The position numbers were made by a program, and so were the translations under genes. From positions 2,542,001-2,606,000 of the forward strand of contig NW_027191413.1 in NCBI RefSeq assembly GCF_041146345.1: DNA of 64,000 nt, written 5' to 3'. Under the pieces are notes generated by a model, which saw nothing but the letters and a program-made list of their open reading frames with translations, had not been told where the DNA came from and did no database searches. Below, one piece after another: positions 1-12,575 of this stretch. The first letter of the stretch is position 1. Each line of letters starts with the position of its first letter. The DNA comes from Neodothiora populina (Eukaryota).

Positions 1-1262
1 GCCAACTACTTTGCCGGTATGTTTTTTGTTTCATCTCTATTTCTATGCGATCAATCATACTGAATGCCTGACCAGGCTCGCCCCTCAATCGCTTTGGTTT
101 CCTCAGAGGCGATAGTGGATTCCTTTCGTCCGCCCTCAGGCATCCTTCCACCTTGATATTACCTCTCAGGGATCTCTCCCCTCTGATCAAAGACAAGACT
201 GCTCTTGAATTTGTCAAGTATAGAGATGTCGAGCCCATCATCGGAGATGCTTACCAGCAGCCCGAAGACGAAATGGTGGGACAGTACAACTCCACCAAGC
301 ACATACCGCAAATGATCTTTCTGGGCCTGGATGAGTCCGTCAAAGATGCTTTCAAGTACGAACACAAGGGATCCTCGATCAATGGAGCTCCCTACTTCGC
401 ATTGGACGTCACGCCGCGAGACAGCGTCAAGGACGCATGTGAGGACCTTCTCAAGAACCTAGAGCAAAAGGGCCTCTCCTTCGCTCCCGGTCGCGCAATG
501 GACCTCGTCGCAGGCCACGCAGCAATCTACGCCGAGGCCCGCCAACTCCTCGACTGGAACCTCCGCAACCCCTTCTGCGCACAATGTGGCCACCCGACCC
601 TCTCCATCAACGGCGGCTTCAAACGCGTCTGCCCCCCGACCGACCTCGCAGACCTGCCCTCCTCAGCACAAGTGACGACCTCCCAGTCCGCCGACCCGAA
701 CATCACCGCGCGCCCACCCTGCGCAACGCGCAAAGGCGTCTCCAACATCTCCTTCCCGCGTACCGACCCCACCATCATCGTGGCCATCGTCAACCACGCC
801 AACACGCACATCCTGCTCGGGCGCCAGAAGCGCTGGCCGCAGTACTGGTACTCGACGCTAGCAGGCTTCTGCGAGCCCGCCGAGAGCATCGAGGAAGCCA
901 CGCGCCGCGAGGCATGGGAAGAGGCAGGCGTGCACATCGGCCGCGTCGTCATCCACTCGACCCAGCCGTGGCCGTACCCCGCGAACCTCATGATCGGCGC
1001 CATCGGCCAGAGCGTGCCCGGCGACGGCGAGGAGATCGACCTGGGCAATGATCCTGAGCTCGAGGACGCAAAGTGGTTCTCATTCGACGAGGTCAAGGAT
1101 GCGCTCAAGACGGGCACGTCGGCGCTGGGCGAGGATGCGGGTCCGGGGTACAAGGAGGGCTCGTTGCGCCTGCCTCCGTCCACGGCTATTGCTAACCAGC
1201 TCATGACGGCTGTCATCAACGGCTTCTTGGACCCGCAGCCGGGACGGTCGTCGAACATTTAG
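1..1262 (+). CDS. NPY1: NADH pyrophosphatase (NudC/Npy1 Nudix family), 5'-partial; intron 17-75
   Basis: Removing intron 17-75 (GTATGT..CTGACCAG) gives ANYFAGSPLNRFGFLR. Zn-ribbon FCAQCG..RVC..PPC, FPRTDP, Nudix box GFCEPAESIEEATRREAWEEAG, and NudC signature TQPWPYP. The start lies upstream of the window. Confidence 0.93.
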
Positions 1263-2005
1263 ATGGCTGTTTTTTTTGTACTTCTATACTCTCTGAACAG
1301 CCAGTCGTATACATATACGCTCAAGAACACAAGCGCAGACATTGTCAGTTGGAATAGATTAATCCACTTTGGCTAGATATCTATTACAGAACGAAGATCC
1401 AAGACCCATCGTTCTTTTTTCCAACTTCTAGTCTTTTCTGAGTGCGCTGGATGGAAAGTGAAACAAAACAGAATAAGTGAAACAAGCGATTCAAGATTTC
1501 GAAGACGAAGACCAAAACCTCCCCAGACATCCAGCCTGGCTTACCTAGGCAGCCATGTGACCACCGTTATTGCTCAGCTCACTACCATCAACACATGTTA
1601 TGCATGGAACAACAGATTACGAAAAGCACGAGAAACCTCCAAGCAGGAAGGTAACGTTATATATATCCCAACAACCGAGCAAGTTTCAGAAATGCGTCTG
1701 GACTAACATCTGTCCCTCTGTGCCTTGGGCTGGGACCATAGACATGTATATATGCCTGTGCATAGATCTCGAATGTATATATACAGATATATACAGCTCT
1801 ATAAATGTCCGACTGTCGTACGATATGTGCAAAGCAAGCCCCCTCGCAAGCAAGCAGATAAGCCCCCTTGCAAGCATGCAACAGCCAAAAAAAGGCAAGA
1901 AAGGTATCTATAGCAATCAACCCAGTCGCGCAGCGACCCTCCTCTCTTTCCTCTTTTTCCCAACTCCCAAGCACTCTCAAACACGGAAACAGCGAAAAGC
2001 CATCC

Positions 2006-3352
2006 TTAGAAAGAGTGCTGATGGACCCCCCCATGCAGCCCGGCGTGACGACGGTGCAGATGGCTGCTTCGGCGCACGTATTGATCGCGCTTGCTGATGA
2101 CGCCTAACGCGCACGTCGTGCCGGCCGCCAGAGCCTCGGGCACGGCGCAGTTGTCGATGTTGCAGAGGCCGAATTGAGAGGCGCCGATGCAGATGATGGA
2201 GCCGGGCGTTGGGCAGGACACTTTGCCCGCTTCGCAGGTGCCGTTGCTGCTGCTGCTGCTGCTGGTGTCGCTGCTGGAGACGCTGCTTGAGCTGATTGAG
2301 GCGGCGGCGGCGGCGGGTGCCGAGGACGGCGCGCTGTAGGCGGTTAGGAGAGTGGTGGATTGTGCTGCTGCTGCTGTGGGAGTCTCGATGGCGGCGGCGG
2401 CGGCGGCGGCGGAGGTCTCGGGCTCGATTGCTGCTGCTGCTGCTGCTGCGGAGGTCTTCGCGGCTTGGACGGCGCTGTAGGTGATCGAAAGACCGGCGGA
2501 GAGACCGAGCGAGATCGAGGGAAGGGGAAGGATGTCGCTTGCGCCAGAGCCGGCGGCAGAGGAGGTGGCAGATACAGTGGCTGAAGAAGAGCCACTGGAG
2601 CCTGAGCCAGAGCCTGGCGCTGGGCAGCCGCCGTTTGCACCGGGGGTGGCAGCCTCACCATAGGTGACTTGGTCACCAGGGTTCGGGAAAGACATCACGC
2701 CCGATTCAGTGGTGCACTCGCCAGGGATGTTTGCGACGAAGATTTCCGGGAGTGAGTTGAAGAACGTGTCATCGTCTGAGCCACCGGAAATGGAGATAGG
2801 TGCACAGTTCATGTACATCTCACGGTTGCCAAGTTTGTTGAACCAGGTCCATGCAAGAGTTGCGTTACCGTTCTTCATGCCCTCGGGGATCTTGAAGTTG
2901 AAAGTCGGGAGGCACTCGGTCTGGTCAGGACTTGTGCAGATCGGGCCAGAGGGACGACCGTCTGCGTCAGTGGCACTGGTGGGCAGATTGCCTGCTGCAT
3001 TTGCTGGGCAACTACCGATGAAACTGTGAATGACCTTCCACTTGCTCTTGTCGGCAGGAGGAGGATACTCATAGGTGACACTGAGCTGGCAAGAGCCACC
3101 ACCGTGGACAGCACTACCAGTGAACTTGAGAGGGTTGTCCTCGCCGACCGTCATGGGGTTAGAAGCACCCTCAGCATCGAAGGCGTCCGTTCGAGATCCG
3201 CTTTGACAGGGAAAATTGTAACCATCTCCGTTCAGAGGTGAGGTCTGGAGAGTCTTTGCGCCATAAGGCGTGGGAGTGTTCATGATCATGTGAGATCGGG
3301 CGCCTGAGATCAAGGCACAGACGCCAGCAAGAAGAACTCCTTGAGAATGCAT
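2006..3352 (-). CDS. Secreted AA11-family lytic polysaccharide monooxygenase with Ser/Ala linker and C-terminal Cys-rich module
   Basis: Signal peptide of about 20 aa followed by N-terminal His (HMIMNTP). AA11 motifs GSAVHGGGSCQLS and WTWFNKLGNREMYMNCAPI supply the second His and the axial Tyr. C-terminal CPTPGSIIC..FGLC..C..GTTC resembles the X278 module. Intronless. Confidence 0.88.
   Translation of the reverse strand: MHSQGVLLAGVCALISGARSHMIMNTPTPYGAKTLQTSPLNGDGYNFPCQSGSRTDAFDAEGASNPMTVGEDNPLKFTGSAVHGGGSCQLSVTYEYPPPADKSKWKVIHSFIGSCPANAAGNLPTSATDADGRPSGPICTSPDQTECLPTFNFKIPEGMKNGNATLAWTWFNKLGNREMYMNCAPISISGGSDDDTFFNSLPEIFVANIPGECTTESGVMSFPNPGDQVTYGEAATPGANGGCPAPGSGSGSSGSSSATVSATSSAAGSGASDILPLPSISLGLSAGLSITYSAVQAAKTSAAAAAAAIEPETSAAAAAAAIETPTAAAAQSTTLLTAYSAPSSAPAAAAASISSSSVSSSDTSSSSSSNGTCEAGKVSCPTPGSIICIGASQFGLCNIDNCAVPEALAAGTTCALGVISKRDQYVRRSSHLHRRHAGLHGGVHQHSF
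2381..2458 (-). repeat. 39-bp-period duplication encoding TSA7IE twice, one copy (GCA)7 and one (GCC)7
   Basis: Minus strand reads AAGACCTCC(GCA)7ATCGAGCCC GAGACCTCC(GCC)7ATCGAGACT. Confidence 0.9.
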
Positions 3353-4959
3353 CTTCGAGTGATAAGGATATGGTAAATGCTATAAAGCGAGAGAGTGATA
3401 CAAGCAGTGTCGTATCGCAAGGCCAGCTATGCGAATATGTAGTAGACTGTGAATGAGAGTATATAGAATTTCAGAAGATCTGCAAAGAAGATATTAGAAA
3501 ATTGCCATTGTCTTAGACCTTCTTAAAGATCCTCCTCATGAGACTTTGATTAAGAAAGTACGTGATAGACAAGTCTCAGGTATTAACACACCCATACCAT
3601 AGCTGAAACGATTGAGATGCATGACATTGTGTGACATGATTGAAAACATGAGGAATAGAGAAGGTGAGATAGAACATGATTGACAATAGGAGTAGACTCG
3701 AAGAAACAAGGCTTTGTGAAGAAAAGTGCTACGGATGCATTTCTACTGCGCAGGTCATCTTGTGACTTACCAGGGTAAGCAATGTCGAGTATTCTGGGAT
3801 TCCTGTGATTTCACTGAAAGAATGGCTAGTCCGCTGGTTCGGAACTTAAAGACTGTAAGGCCGCGCCTGGCGGTGAGGTATATACACGGTGATTTGAGTA
3901 GACAACGTATACAGGCAAGGAAATTGTGAGCAGAGGAATATAGCATCTTATACTTAAGAGCACACCATGAGGTAGGGGGTTCGCCTTCGGCCGATGATCC
4001 GTATAGAACACTCCATCTGCACAATGCATGCATGGTCGTTGAACGCTTGGGACGTCCAGACACCCGTTCCCCAGCATAGTCTTTGCTGCGCATCAGTTCT
4101 GGTCTAGCAATTGGACCAGTCAACAATAACTGAGTAGGCCATTGCAGCTCGTAGTGGGGAACGGCATGGTCGAAGGGGCGCTACTGCTCGGACCGGCAAC
4201 AGAGTTGGGAGCCAAAAAGGAGTAACAACACGTCCTGTCCAACGGCTTTCAGATGCAGGAGTTTCTCCCTTACACTTTCGACTTTGCCATTACAAAGCTA
4301 GACCGCCATCACAAAGCTAAGGGCACAGTGGTATGTCCAAGCGTGTGTGGGATCAACGGCACGAGACCGTGACGAAGCATTGCCGATGTTAATCAAGTAA
4401 CGTGAATCGGACACTGAGATCTCAATATTGTTTGTAGCACTGTGAGTGGATGATCAACATGTATTGTTGGATACCTCTTGTCCAATAGTCACAGTGTTCT
4501 TCCATTAGCCGGAGTAAATCCACTGAATCGCGTCTCCCGTGGCGGTGGGACTAAGGGATAAGTGGCAAAGTATTTGCGGGGTGAGAAACACCGTGAAACG
4601 CGCTGAACGTTTCATGAAAAGACGCGCTTAAGAAAAGCTAGAGAACGAGCTTCTGTAACGGTAAGGTACCAGTACGTGACAGCACATGCAAGTCAATGCA
4701 TGAAGACAGGGTGTAGAGAGAATAATCGTCCCGGTACTAGGAGGACGTACTAGGAAGGCCGAAATACTGCGCACATCATGCCTAGACGTAAAAGTAAGCC
4801 ACAATGGTCGCTTCGCCAATCACAACAGAAAACCAAGACCTTACATGCATACGGTAGCGCCAACAGGCCTACGATTTTTTTTGGGGTGGTCCATGAATGA
4901 ATAATGGTATAGGTATGTGTCGTACCGAAATGTGGTATTCCCGCAATGGACTCTTCGCG

Positions 4960-7900
4960 TCACTGGAAAAGCGCCTGCTCCTCTCGCAAGTCGCTTCTCC
5001 TCAGCCGTTGGACCAACGGCTCTCGCTCGATACCAACGTGTAATCTGCCACTGTCTATGCCTAAGAAGCGACCATAGCCATACTTGTTTCCCATACTCTC
5101 GATGTGCGCGACACGATTCGTCTCTGTCATCAGCGCTGTACCGCTGAGCTCATCCACGGCGTGACTGGCTGCAAAGTAGGCAACCTGATTAGCTAGATTG
5201 GTCGGCAGTCTCGGCAATATTCTCCACGGCCTTCTTGTATAAACAAGTATTGTCGAGACGATGTACAAACCCAATATTGTGGTTGAGACAATGTACATTG
5301 ATCGCGATACGAACAGGCGACTTTCAGGGCTGATACTAAACCCCTGAACCGTGTGCTGCACTGGTTGCAGGATGTCCTCCAGATTCGTGGCTAGGATGAT
5401 CGCAAATAAAGACGCGTTGATCGCGCTCAGTGCAGGCGCTACCTCTTCGAAAGAAGGGGGTGGCAATGCCGGATTTAGAAAGTCTGAGCTATTCCTGGTT
5501 TTAGTCATAAGATAGTTGAGAAAGTCAGAAGGGTAGGTGTCATTGTGCCAGGTTGGACGGATGTGTGCATCAAATTGGCCTAGAACCCGATGTACCGAAG
5601 CCACCAGAGCAGTGCTGCTAGGCTGGAACATGCTCGCGATTGAATCCGAAGTATCATTGACCGGTACTGAATTCAGAAGAATGCCGCTCAGATCCACTGT
5701 GGCCTTTCGACTTGTGACAGTCATAGTTGGCTTGCAAGCTAACCACATCTCCTCGGAAAGACCGTCTTTCGTGTTGTGCATCACAGATGCGTCGGTTGTT
5801 CGAATCCAGCCGGCGATCAATATATTAGCACACGCTTCGTTACTGCTGCTGGTAGTGTCGTCTGCGTGTCCAGAATTGAACATGAATACCTCCAAAGCAG
5901 CTCTGCCATGCGGATTGTCACGGATAATCTGACTTGTAGTTGTTGTAAAACACTGGTGCTTCGAAGCGGGAAACAAGATTGATGCATTGAAGCTAATGCT
6001 TTGTGCATGCTCATAGTTGTAGCTGTAATTGCTCCCACCAGAGTGCGTGAGCGGGACACAGCTAAGTGACGATCCTATCGCGTGCGTAACAGCTTGCTGA
6101 ATCGTGTTGGATTCGGAAAGGGCCTGATGCTGAAAAGGAAGATAGAAGAAGGACTCGTCTGCCCACTTTGGTCGTGGAGTGCCTGCTGTCAGATTTGACA
6201 TTGCCATGAAGAAAGGGTCAAAGTACGGTTTGTATGCCTGTTCGGTGCCAGGGTAGTACATGTCAACCCCAATGGAGGACCCATTGATTGGAAAGCTCAG
6301 GCGTTGCTCGAACGTGGTTGCCTTCTTGGTCTCCACCACATCCTCGACGAAGATACTGTTAAAAGTGATCGAGAGTACGTTGGCTAAAAGTGCCATGGTG
6401 CAGATGATAGCAAGGGACAAGTGCCCCGCGCGTACCGCTCTTCCAACTACTGCTTGAGATGGAAGCGAGCTGTAGTCGATGTTCAGCGAGCTGCGAGGAT
6501 GAGATCTGCCATTGCGCAGTTGCTCGTACGGCTGAAGCATACATGACAGCCTGTTCAGCATCACCCATATCGGCTCAAAGCAAGCAGCGACAGCCATCCT
6601 TGAACGTCTTAGTGATCTGTATGGAAACACAAGCACCGAGTACTCACGGAATGTAATTTTTGACCAGCTGGTTCACAAGTACAGATGACGAGGGCAACGG
6701 CAAGCCTGAGAGTGTTCAGTAGAGTTTGCAGTGTAGTCGACCCATGAATGGTCTAAATGTATGGCAGGCCCACTCACCGTTGATGGCATTGGCTCGTGTG
6801 AACACCCAAGATAGTGTGACAACGACACCAATTTGTGTCAAGAGAAATGATAGTCCCGAGAACCATCTATATTCCTTGGGAAGTAGTCGATCTGCAGGGA
6901 CGATCTTACGTGGAACCGATCGTTCTCCGGACGGATGCGTCAATGATTTCAGCCCATATGGTTGGTCTTGTTCGGAGCCTGTATGCTTGTTCAAACTGAA
7001 GCGAGAGTCTGCAAATGCTTCTTTCACGTCGTCCGCACTAGCCTGATCATACCTTCCGATGTATCGACGGAATGTAGAATCATCAGCAATTAAAGCCATC
7101 TGCGATGCAATGCTGGCTGGGTCAGATTGTAAATTGCTACCTGTCGTGTATGAGAAGATCAGCAGCACGCAGGCGAACAGAGCTGTAATCCCTATCAGAG
7201 CCTCGACTGTATACACGAAAGCTGGAACGAGGGTAACTGCTTGGATCTGGTAAGTCCGAGTCACATTGCGGTTGTCTGAGTGATCGAGATCTGGCGACAG
7301 TACATCCGCAAGGCGACGAGCAAAGAGTAACCTGTACGCAGCCTGGTAAGACTTTCTTAGCAGATCAGCATCCATGTAGTCCTTCGCGGGGCGTTGGTAA
7401 GCGGCGATTGCAAATCCAGTAAGGGCTGGGATATAGTCTCCATAGTATGAGGCGAGATCCAGGTACTCCACTCGCCTCGATGCATCCGGCCAGTCCGAAA
7501 ATGGAGGATATGCTCCTCTATTCTGGAATTTCTCAGAACCATCACTCATGCTCCACTCGAAATTGGTGATGTTGAAGAGATCAGCTGGCAATGGCTGCTT
7601 TGCACCGAGGGGCGTGACTTGTGTTACAGACATCTTTGGCGGCACGACAGTCGCGATAACATCCTGTTGATAGTAGGACGACTCGCAGTACAATGTTGTA
7701 GCTGCACTTGGCTGTGGCCGCAATGAATCGGTTGTCTCCCTCTTTCCTCTAGCCCATTACAAGAGGAAGGTTCCATTGTTCTGTTGACCACAATACTGGG
7801 AAAGATATTCGTCCATGCTCTCTTCATACCAATAGCCTACATAAGTGCTCTCGTACTGACCAGGTCGAACGGTGGGTGGGGTGACAGTCATGTAACGACA

Positions 7901-8860
7901 GCCATTATTGCTGACCCACCAGCCATCCACAAAATGTGCATAATGACAAGTGATATCGACAGAGTACATCCGAGTATGTGCGGTCCAGGTCTCTGATTTC
8001 TCTATCACGGGAGGTGTCTCGGTGAATCCGAAAGGGGCCAGCATCGCGTCGCGACTCATGAAAGGAGGGAGGGTTTCGTTCTGCCAGGCAATGCTGTAAC
8101 ATGATTGAGTGTACGAGCTTGTCAAAAGAGAGCCTTGATCAGCGAGCGATAGAAATTCTTTCGAGACGGCTGCAGCATGAGTCGAGTTACGTATCACTGT
8201 CTCGGTGGCGAATATGGCAGATTGTAGCGGCGTTAAGCCCCAGGTAATCAGGACCACAGCTAGTGATGCGAAGAAGACCGGCCAATGTCTGACACCGTTA
8301 GTAAATACACAAAAGCTGCAAGGGTAATTGTACCGTTTTCGCAAAGCCTTGAAGGGTATGAAAGCAACAAAGTCAACTGGGTATTCGAGGAGGATAGAAT
8401 CTTTGCCACTCGCACCTTCCAACCGGGACAGCTGCCAGAAGGGTTGCAAACGCCTTATATCGAGGTCGATCCAGGTCCACGTGAAGCCGAGAGTCAGGGA
8501 AACTATTGTTGGAAGGTAAAGGTAGCAAAACGTCTGTCCAGCAGGTAGAGAGTTGATGTCCGAAGCGAATATAATACCATTGTCCCGCTGACTGCGAAGA
8601 AGGAGGATTTGTAAAGACAGAACGACGCCGATGGATGCGAGACAAACAGGAAGGAGGAAGTAAGGTTCCTGCGTCAGAGGCTTCCAGGAACGATACTGCC
8701 TCAATCGCGGCAACACATGGAGTCGTAAACCTCTCTTTTCGTTTTCGATATGTGGAAGTGATATGTCAGACGAGTACACTTCCCGCTCCTCGTCAGACTG
8801 TCGAACATCAATCCTTATATCTTGCTTTGTAGACTTAGTGGGCAGTTTCAGAAAGCCCAT
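4960..8860 (-). pseudogene. DUF3433-type multi-pass membrane protein of about 1244 codons, interrupted by an in-frame TAA at 7757-7759; introns 8289-8333, 6706-6777, 6599-6647
   Basis: Two copies of the family-type motif: YLPTIVSL..WTWIDLDIRRLQPFWQLS..SILLEYP and NYIP..FEPIWVMLNRLSCMLQPYEQL..SLNIDYSS. The three introns have canonical signals and join the pieces in one frame (3735 nt). The ORFs on either side of the TAA are in the same frame. Pseudogene status is uncertain. Confidence 0.7.
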
Positions 8861-9738
8861 TGCTTTGAAGTCGCAATTGTGAACCTCAAACTAATACTTT
8901 GACAGAGTAACGATGTAGTATAGGAGGAGCAAGGGTACACCCCAGCGACGGGCGAAGACAGTTTAAACCTAACATTTTGCTCCTCTGATCTCGACATAGA
9001 GACAGAGACCTGCACGTAAGCGCCAAACAGGAACAGTAAAAGGAAAAGATATGGCGCAGTTGATGGTGGCGCATACGATAAAGTGGACATGAGCCATCTG
9101 CGTGGTTGAGACTTACGGTTGTGCGGCTATAGCTGTGCTGCCATTTGTGCAGCATTTTGTTGCTTACCGGATAGATATAAGCTTGAACGCGAGAAGTGCA
9201 ATGTGCAATTAAAGAGAGACGTAGGTTGGATTTGTGGGCGGAGCATTACGGTGATGGGCCTATTGGAGACGGCGCTCGTATGCAGGCAAGCGCGCGGATG
9301 TCTCTCTATTGCGAAAGAAGGGACTTGGCAATGAGTTCTACAGAAACCGGACCGAGGATCCTTGAGCATGGCGGTGCAGCGAAGAGCAGAGGTGTAGCAA
9401 TACGAGGTTACAGTATCCTAATCACTATTCCAATGTTCCTTACCTTGACTTGAATCATAATGAACCTGTGAGCCTGCAGTAGAGGCACAGTGAGCGAGCG
9501 AGTGAGTGAGGGAGTGAGTGAAGCTTGGGAGGGTCGACAAAGGGACGAAGGGTCGATGACCAGTCGCAGTGCAAGGCAGCACAAGAGTGGAGCCGCCAAG
9601 AGTTCCCCACCCACAAAAGGAATAGCGCCAATTCCGACAAGCGAAGCGACGAAATTCGCAACACTTTGACGAGCGCCTTCTCGCTGCCACCTTGGAACAT
9701 CTCGAGACGCCCAACGAAATCCGACAACCACGGCCAAA

Positions 9739-11106
9739 ATGACTTCCAGGCCCACCGTTACCATCATCTCGGCCGATGGCTCTGCCAGCGAGGCCAGCCA
9801 CCCTCTGCCCAATGTCTTCAAGGCTCCCATCCGCCCTGACATTGTCCAGTACGCACTTTTCCCGCCCTCTCTGGGCAAAAGACGAGAAAAAGAGACACAA
9901 GGACACAATGGCTGATGTAGCGCAGGTCGGTCCACACTGGCATGGCCAAGAACAAGAGACAGCCTTACGCCGTGAGCGAGAAGGCCGGTCACCAGACCTC
10001 TGCTGAGTCCTGGGGAACTGGTGCGTGAATCCAAATCTGCCACACCTTTTGCGATTTCTGCAGCAGGCAAAACGCCAAGGATAGCAAAGGTGCAAAACTC
10101 GGACACTCTTTTCTGACTTGTGCGCTCAACAGGTCGCGCTGTCGCCCGTATCCCCCGTGTCTCCGGTGGTGGTACTCACCGTGCCGGTCAGGCTGCCTTC
10201 GGTAACATGTGCCGTTCCGGTCGCATGTTCGCCCCTACCAAGGTCTGGAGAAAGTGGCACCAGAAGATCAACCTTGGCCAGAAGTGAGCAATTCCATTCG
10301 AATAGACGCACCACAAAGACAATTGACTAACCTCGACCTCCAGGCGTTTCGCCACTGCTTCCGCCATCGCTGCCTCTTCCAGCGCCGCTCTCCTCCTTGC
10401 CCGTGGCCACGAGGTCGCCACCGTCCCCGAGGTTCCTCTTGTCATCTCCTCGACCGCTTTCTCCAACGCCGCTGTCGCCAAGACCTCCGCCGCCCTCGCT
10501 CTCCTGAAGGCTGTCGGTGCTGGTGCCGACGTCGAGAAGGTCAAGGCCTCCAAGAAGCTCCGCGCCGGCAAGGGTAAGCTCAGAAACCGCCGCCACAGAC
10601 AGCGCCGCGGTCCCCTCGTCGTCTACAACCCCGACGAGGATGGAAAGGAGCTCGTTCGCGCTTTCCGCAACATCCCCGGTGTCGAGACCTCCCCCGTCTA
10701 CAGCCTGAACCTCCTCCAGCTCGCCCCTGGTGGTCACATCGGTCGTTTCATCGTCTGGACCTCATCTGCCTTCCAGGCTCTTGACAAGGTCTACGGCTCC
10801 ACCACCGAGCCTTCCGCCCTCAAGAAGGACTTCCTCCTCCCCTCCAACTCGGTCGCCCAGCCCGACATCGCCAAGCTCATCAACAGCAGCGAAGTCCAGG
10901 CCGTCCTCCGCCCCGTCAAGGGCAGCGCCATCACCAAGCGCCACCACGTCCAGAAGAAGAACCCTCTCCGCAACAAGCAGATCCTTCTCCGCCTCAACCC
11001 ATACGCCTCGGCTTTCTCCAAGGCTGGTCTGGGTCAGGAGAAGATCTCCGAGGGCAAGCCCAAGGCTGTCGACGAGACCTTCAAGACTCTCCTTCACGAG
11101 AACTAA
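9739..11106 (+). CDS. RPL4: 60S ribosomal protein L4 (uL4); introns 9849-9925, 10021-10132, 10284-10343
   Basis: Spliced sequence [109 protein letters not shown]. Strong C-ending codon bias. Confidence 0.98.
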
Positions 11107-12542
11107 GAGTGATATGGTCGGTGTGGGCCTGTCATTTTTCCATCTTGCTGCAGTAGCGGCAGCATTTTGTCGTTTCTTCATGAGTTGGGCTTTTCTTTTT
11201 TCTGGGGTGAAAAAATCGGTTGTGTAATAGCCGGAGGGGAAATGAATAATCCTTTTCCCAATAAAAAGAAATTCTTCCAACAAATAACGTATCTCCTTTT
11301 TTCCTCTTATATCTTCCCCTCTGTCTCCAACCTGTCGCGTCTCATGTTCTGAACAAGACTCGGTCTTTCAAAAGCATCAGTGACCCTGTTCTGTCGAGTC
11401 TACTTGACCATCTTGATTTCTCTATCGTGACTATCGTTCCCGCCTACTCAAGACAGGACAAAGTACACTTGGTACAATAGGGTACGGAAAGTAGCTTTCG
11501 GCGTCTTAGTCCATTTGTTCTGCTTCAGCTAAGGTACACATCACTTCGAAGTAGAACGAGTACATCCATCCGTCTAGCATGAGTCGATTCATCCTTCTGA
11601 GACATCTCCATTCATCTGTCCAAGATACGTACTGCAAACATCAAGCCATCTAGGTGATATACAGTACAGTACACGTCCATCAGTCTTACAGTATCCCGTA
11701 CATCGCTTCAATGATCCTTCGTTCAAACAACCAAGTCATTATCAAAGGACCTGTAGACCAGAAGTAGTCTACTCGAGACCTGTAGATTCGCTTCTAATCT
11801 CTTTTGATCAGTCGGCTGAGCTTTACCTTGGTCGGTTACACGAATGCCTATACGCCCTTTACGCACGTGAGCAATCAAGGAAAAGCAGTATAGCACTTGT
11901 ATCGAATCATATGTTCGTTCTTTCCGGGCCGTATACCTGTGCAGTCTACCTGAGAACCCATGTCTACTCTTTATTTTCAGTCTTCTAGAAGGATAATTCA
12001 AGTTTCACTGACTTTGTCACATCATGCATACTTGCATGCCTGCTCGCTTGACTGGTCGTCTAGGTGTCTACCTAAGGTACGTGATTACATACGTGCTCGC
12101 TTCGGGTCTCTACCTCTATAAGGTGTCTGCATGCATGCCTACTTACCCGGCTATATTCTACAACTGGCTTGTCTGGGCATCTATCTATACCACTTATCTA
12201 GTCACCTTGCTACGAGGTCCATCCACCTGTTCTGTATTCAGGGTATATTTCGGAGAAAACATCGAAGGTAGAAGAGAGAGTACAGACAGGACTCGACGGT
12301 GCAACAAATCCAAGCTACATCTACAGAAGCGAGTGGAGGGCGTGAGTGGTTGAATGGTCCGAGTGAATGCTTGAATGGATTTATGCATGCATGCTTGTAT
12401 AGTCGCAGGAATATGTATAACGCCTGCATATGTATACATGATCACAAAAGTCCCACAAAACCCACCTGAGAACATAGAATTGCAGCGTAAAGTTCCTCCA
12501 CTCCTTCGACCATCAACAGCATTGCGCGAAAAACACAAGAAA

Positions 12543-12575
12543 GGAGGAGGAGGAGGAGGAGGAGGAGGAGGAGGA
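12543..12575 (+). repeat. (GGA)11 microsatellite
   Basis: Perfect trinucleotide run in the RPL4-SNP1 intergenic region. Confidence 0.95.

Noticed and set aside
10118..11283. Long antisense and alternative-frame ORFs over RPL4 (likewise over NPY1, TPI1, SNP1 and TUF1)
   Set aside because: These are shadows of strong C-ending codon bias and carry no independent protein motifs.
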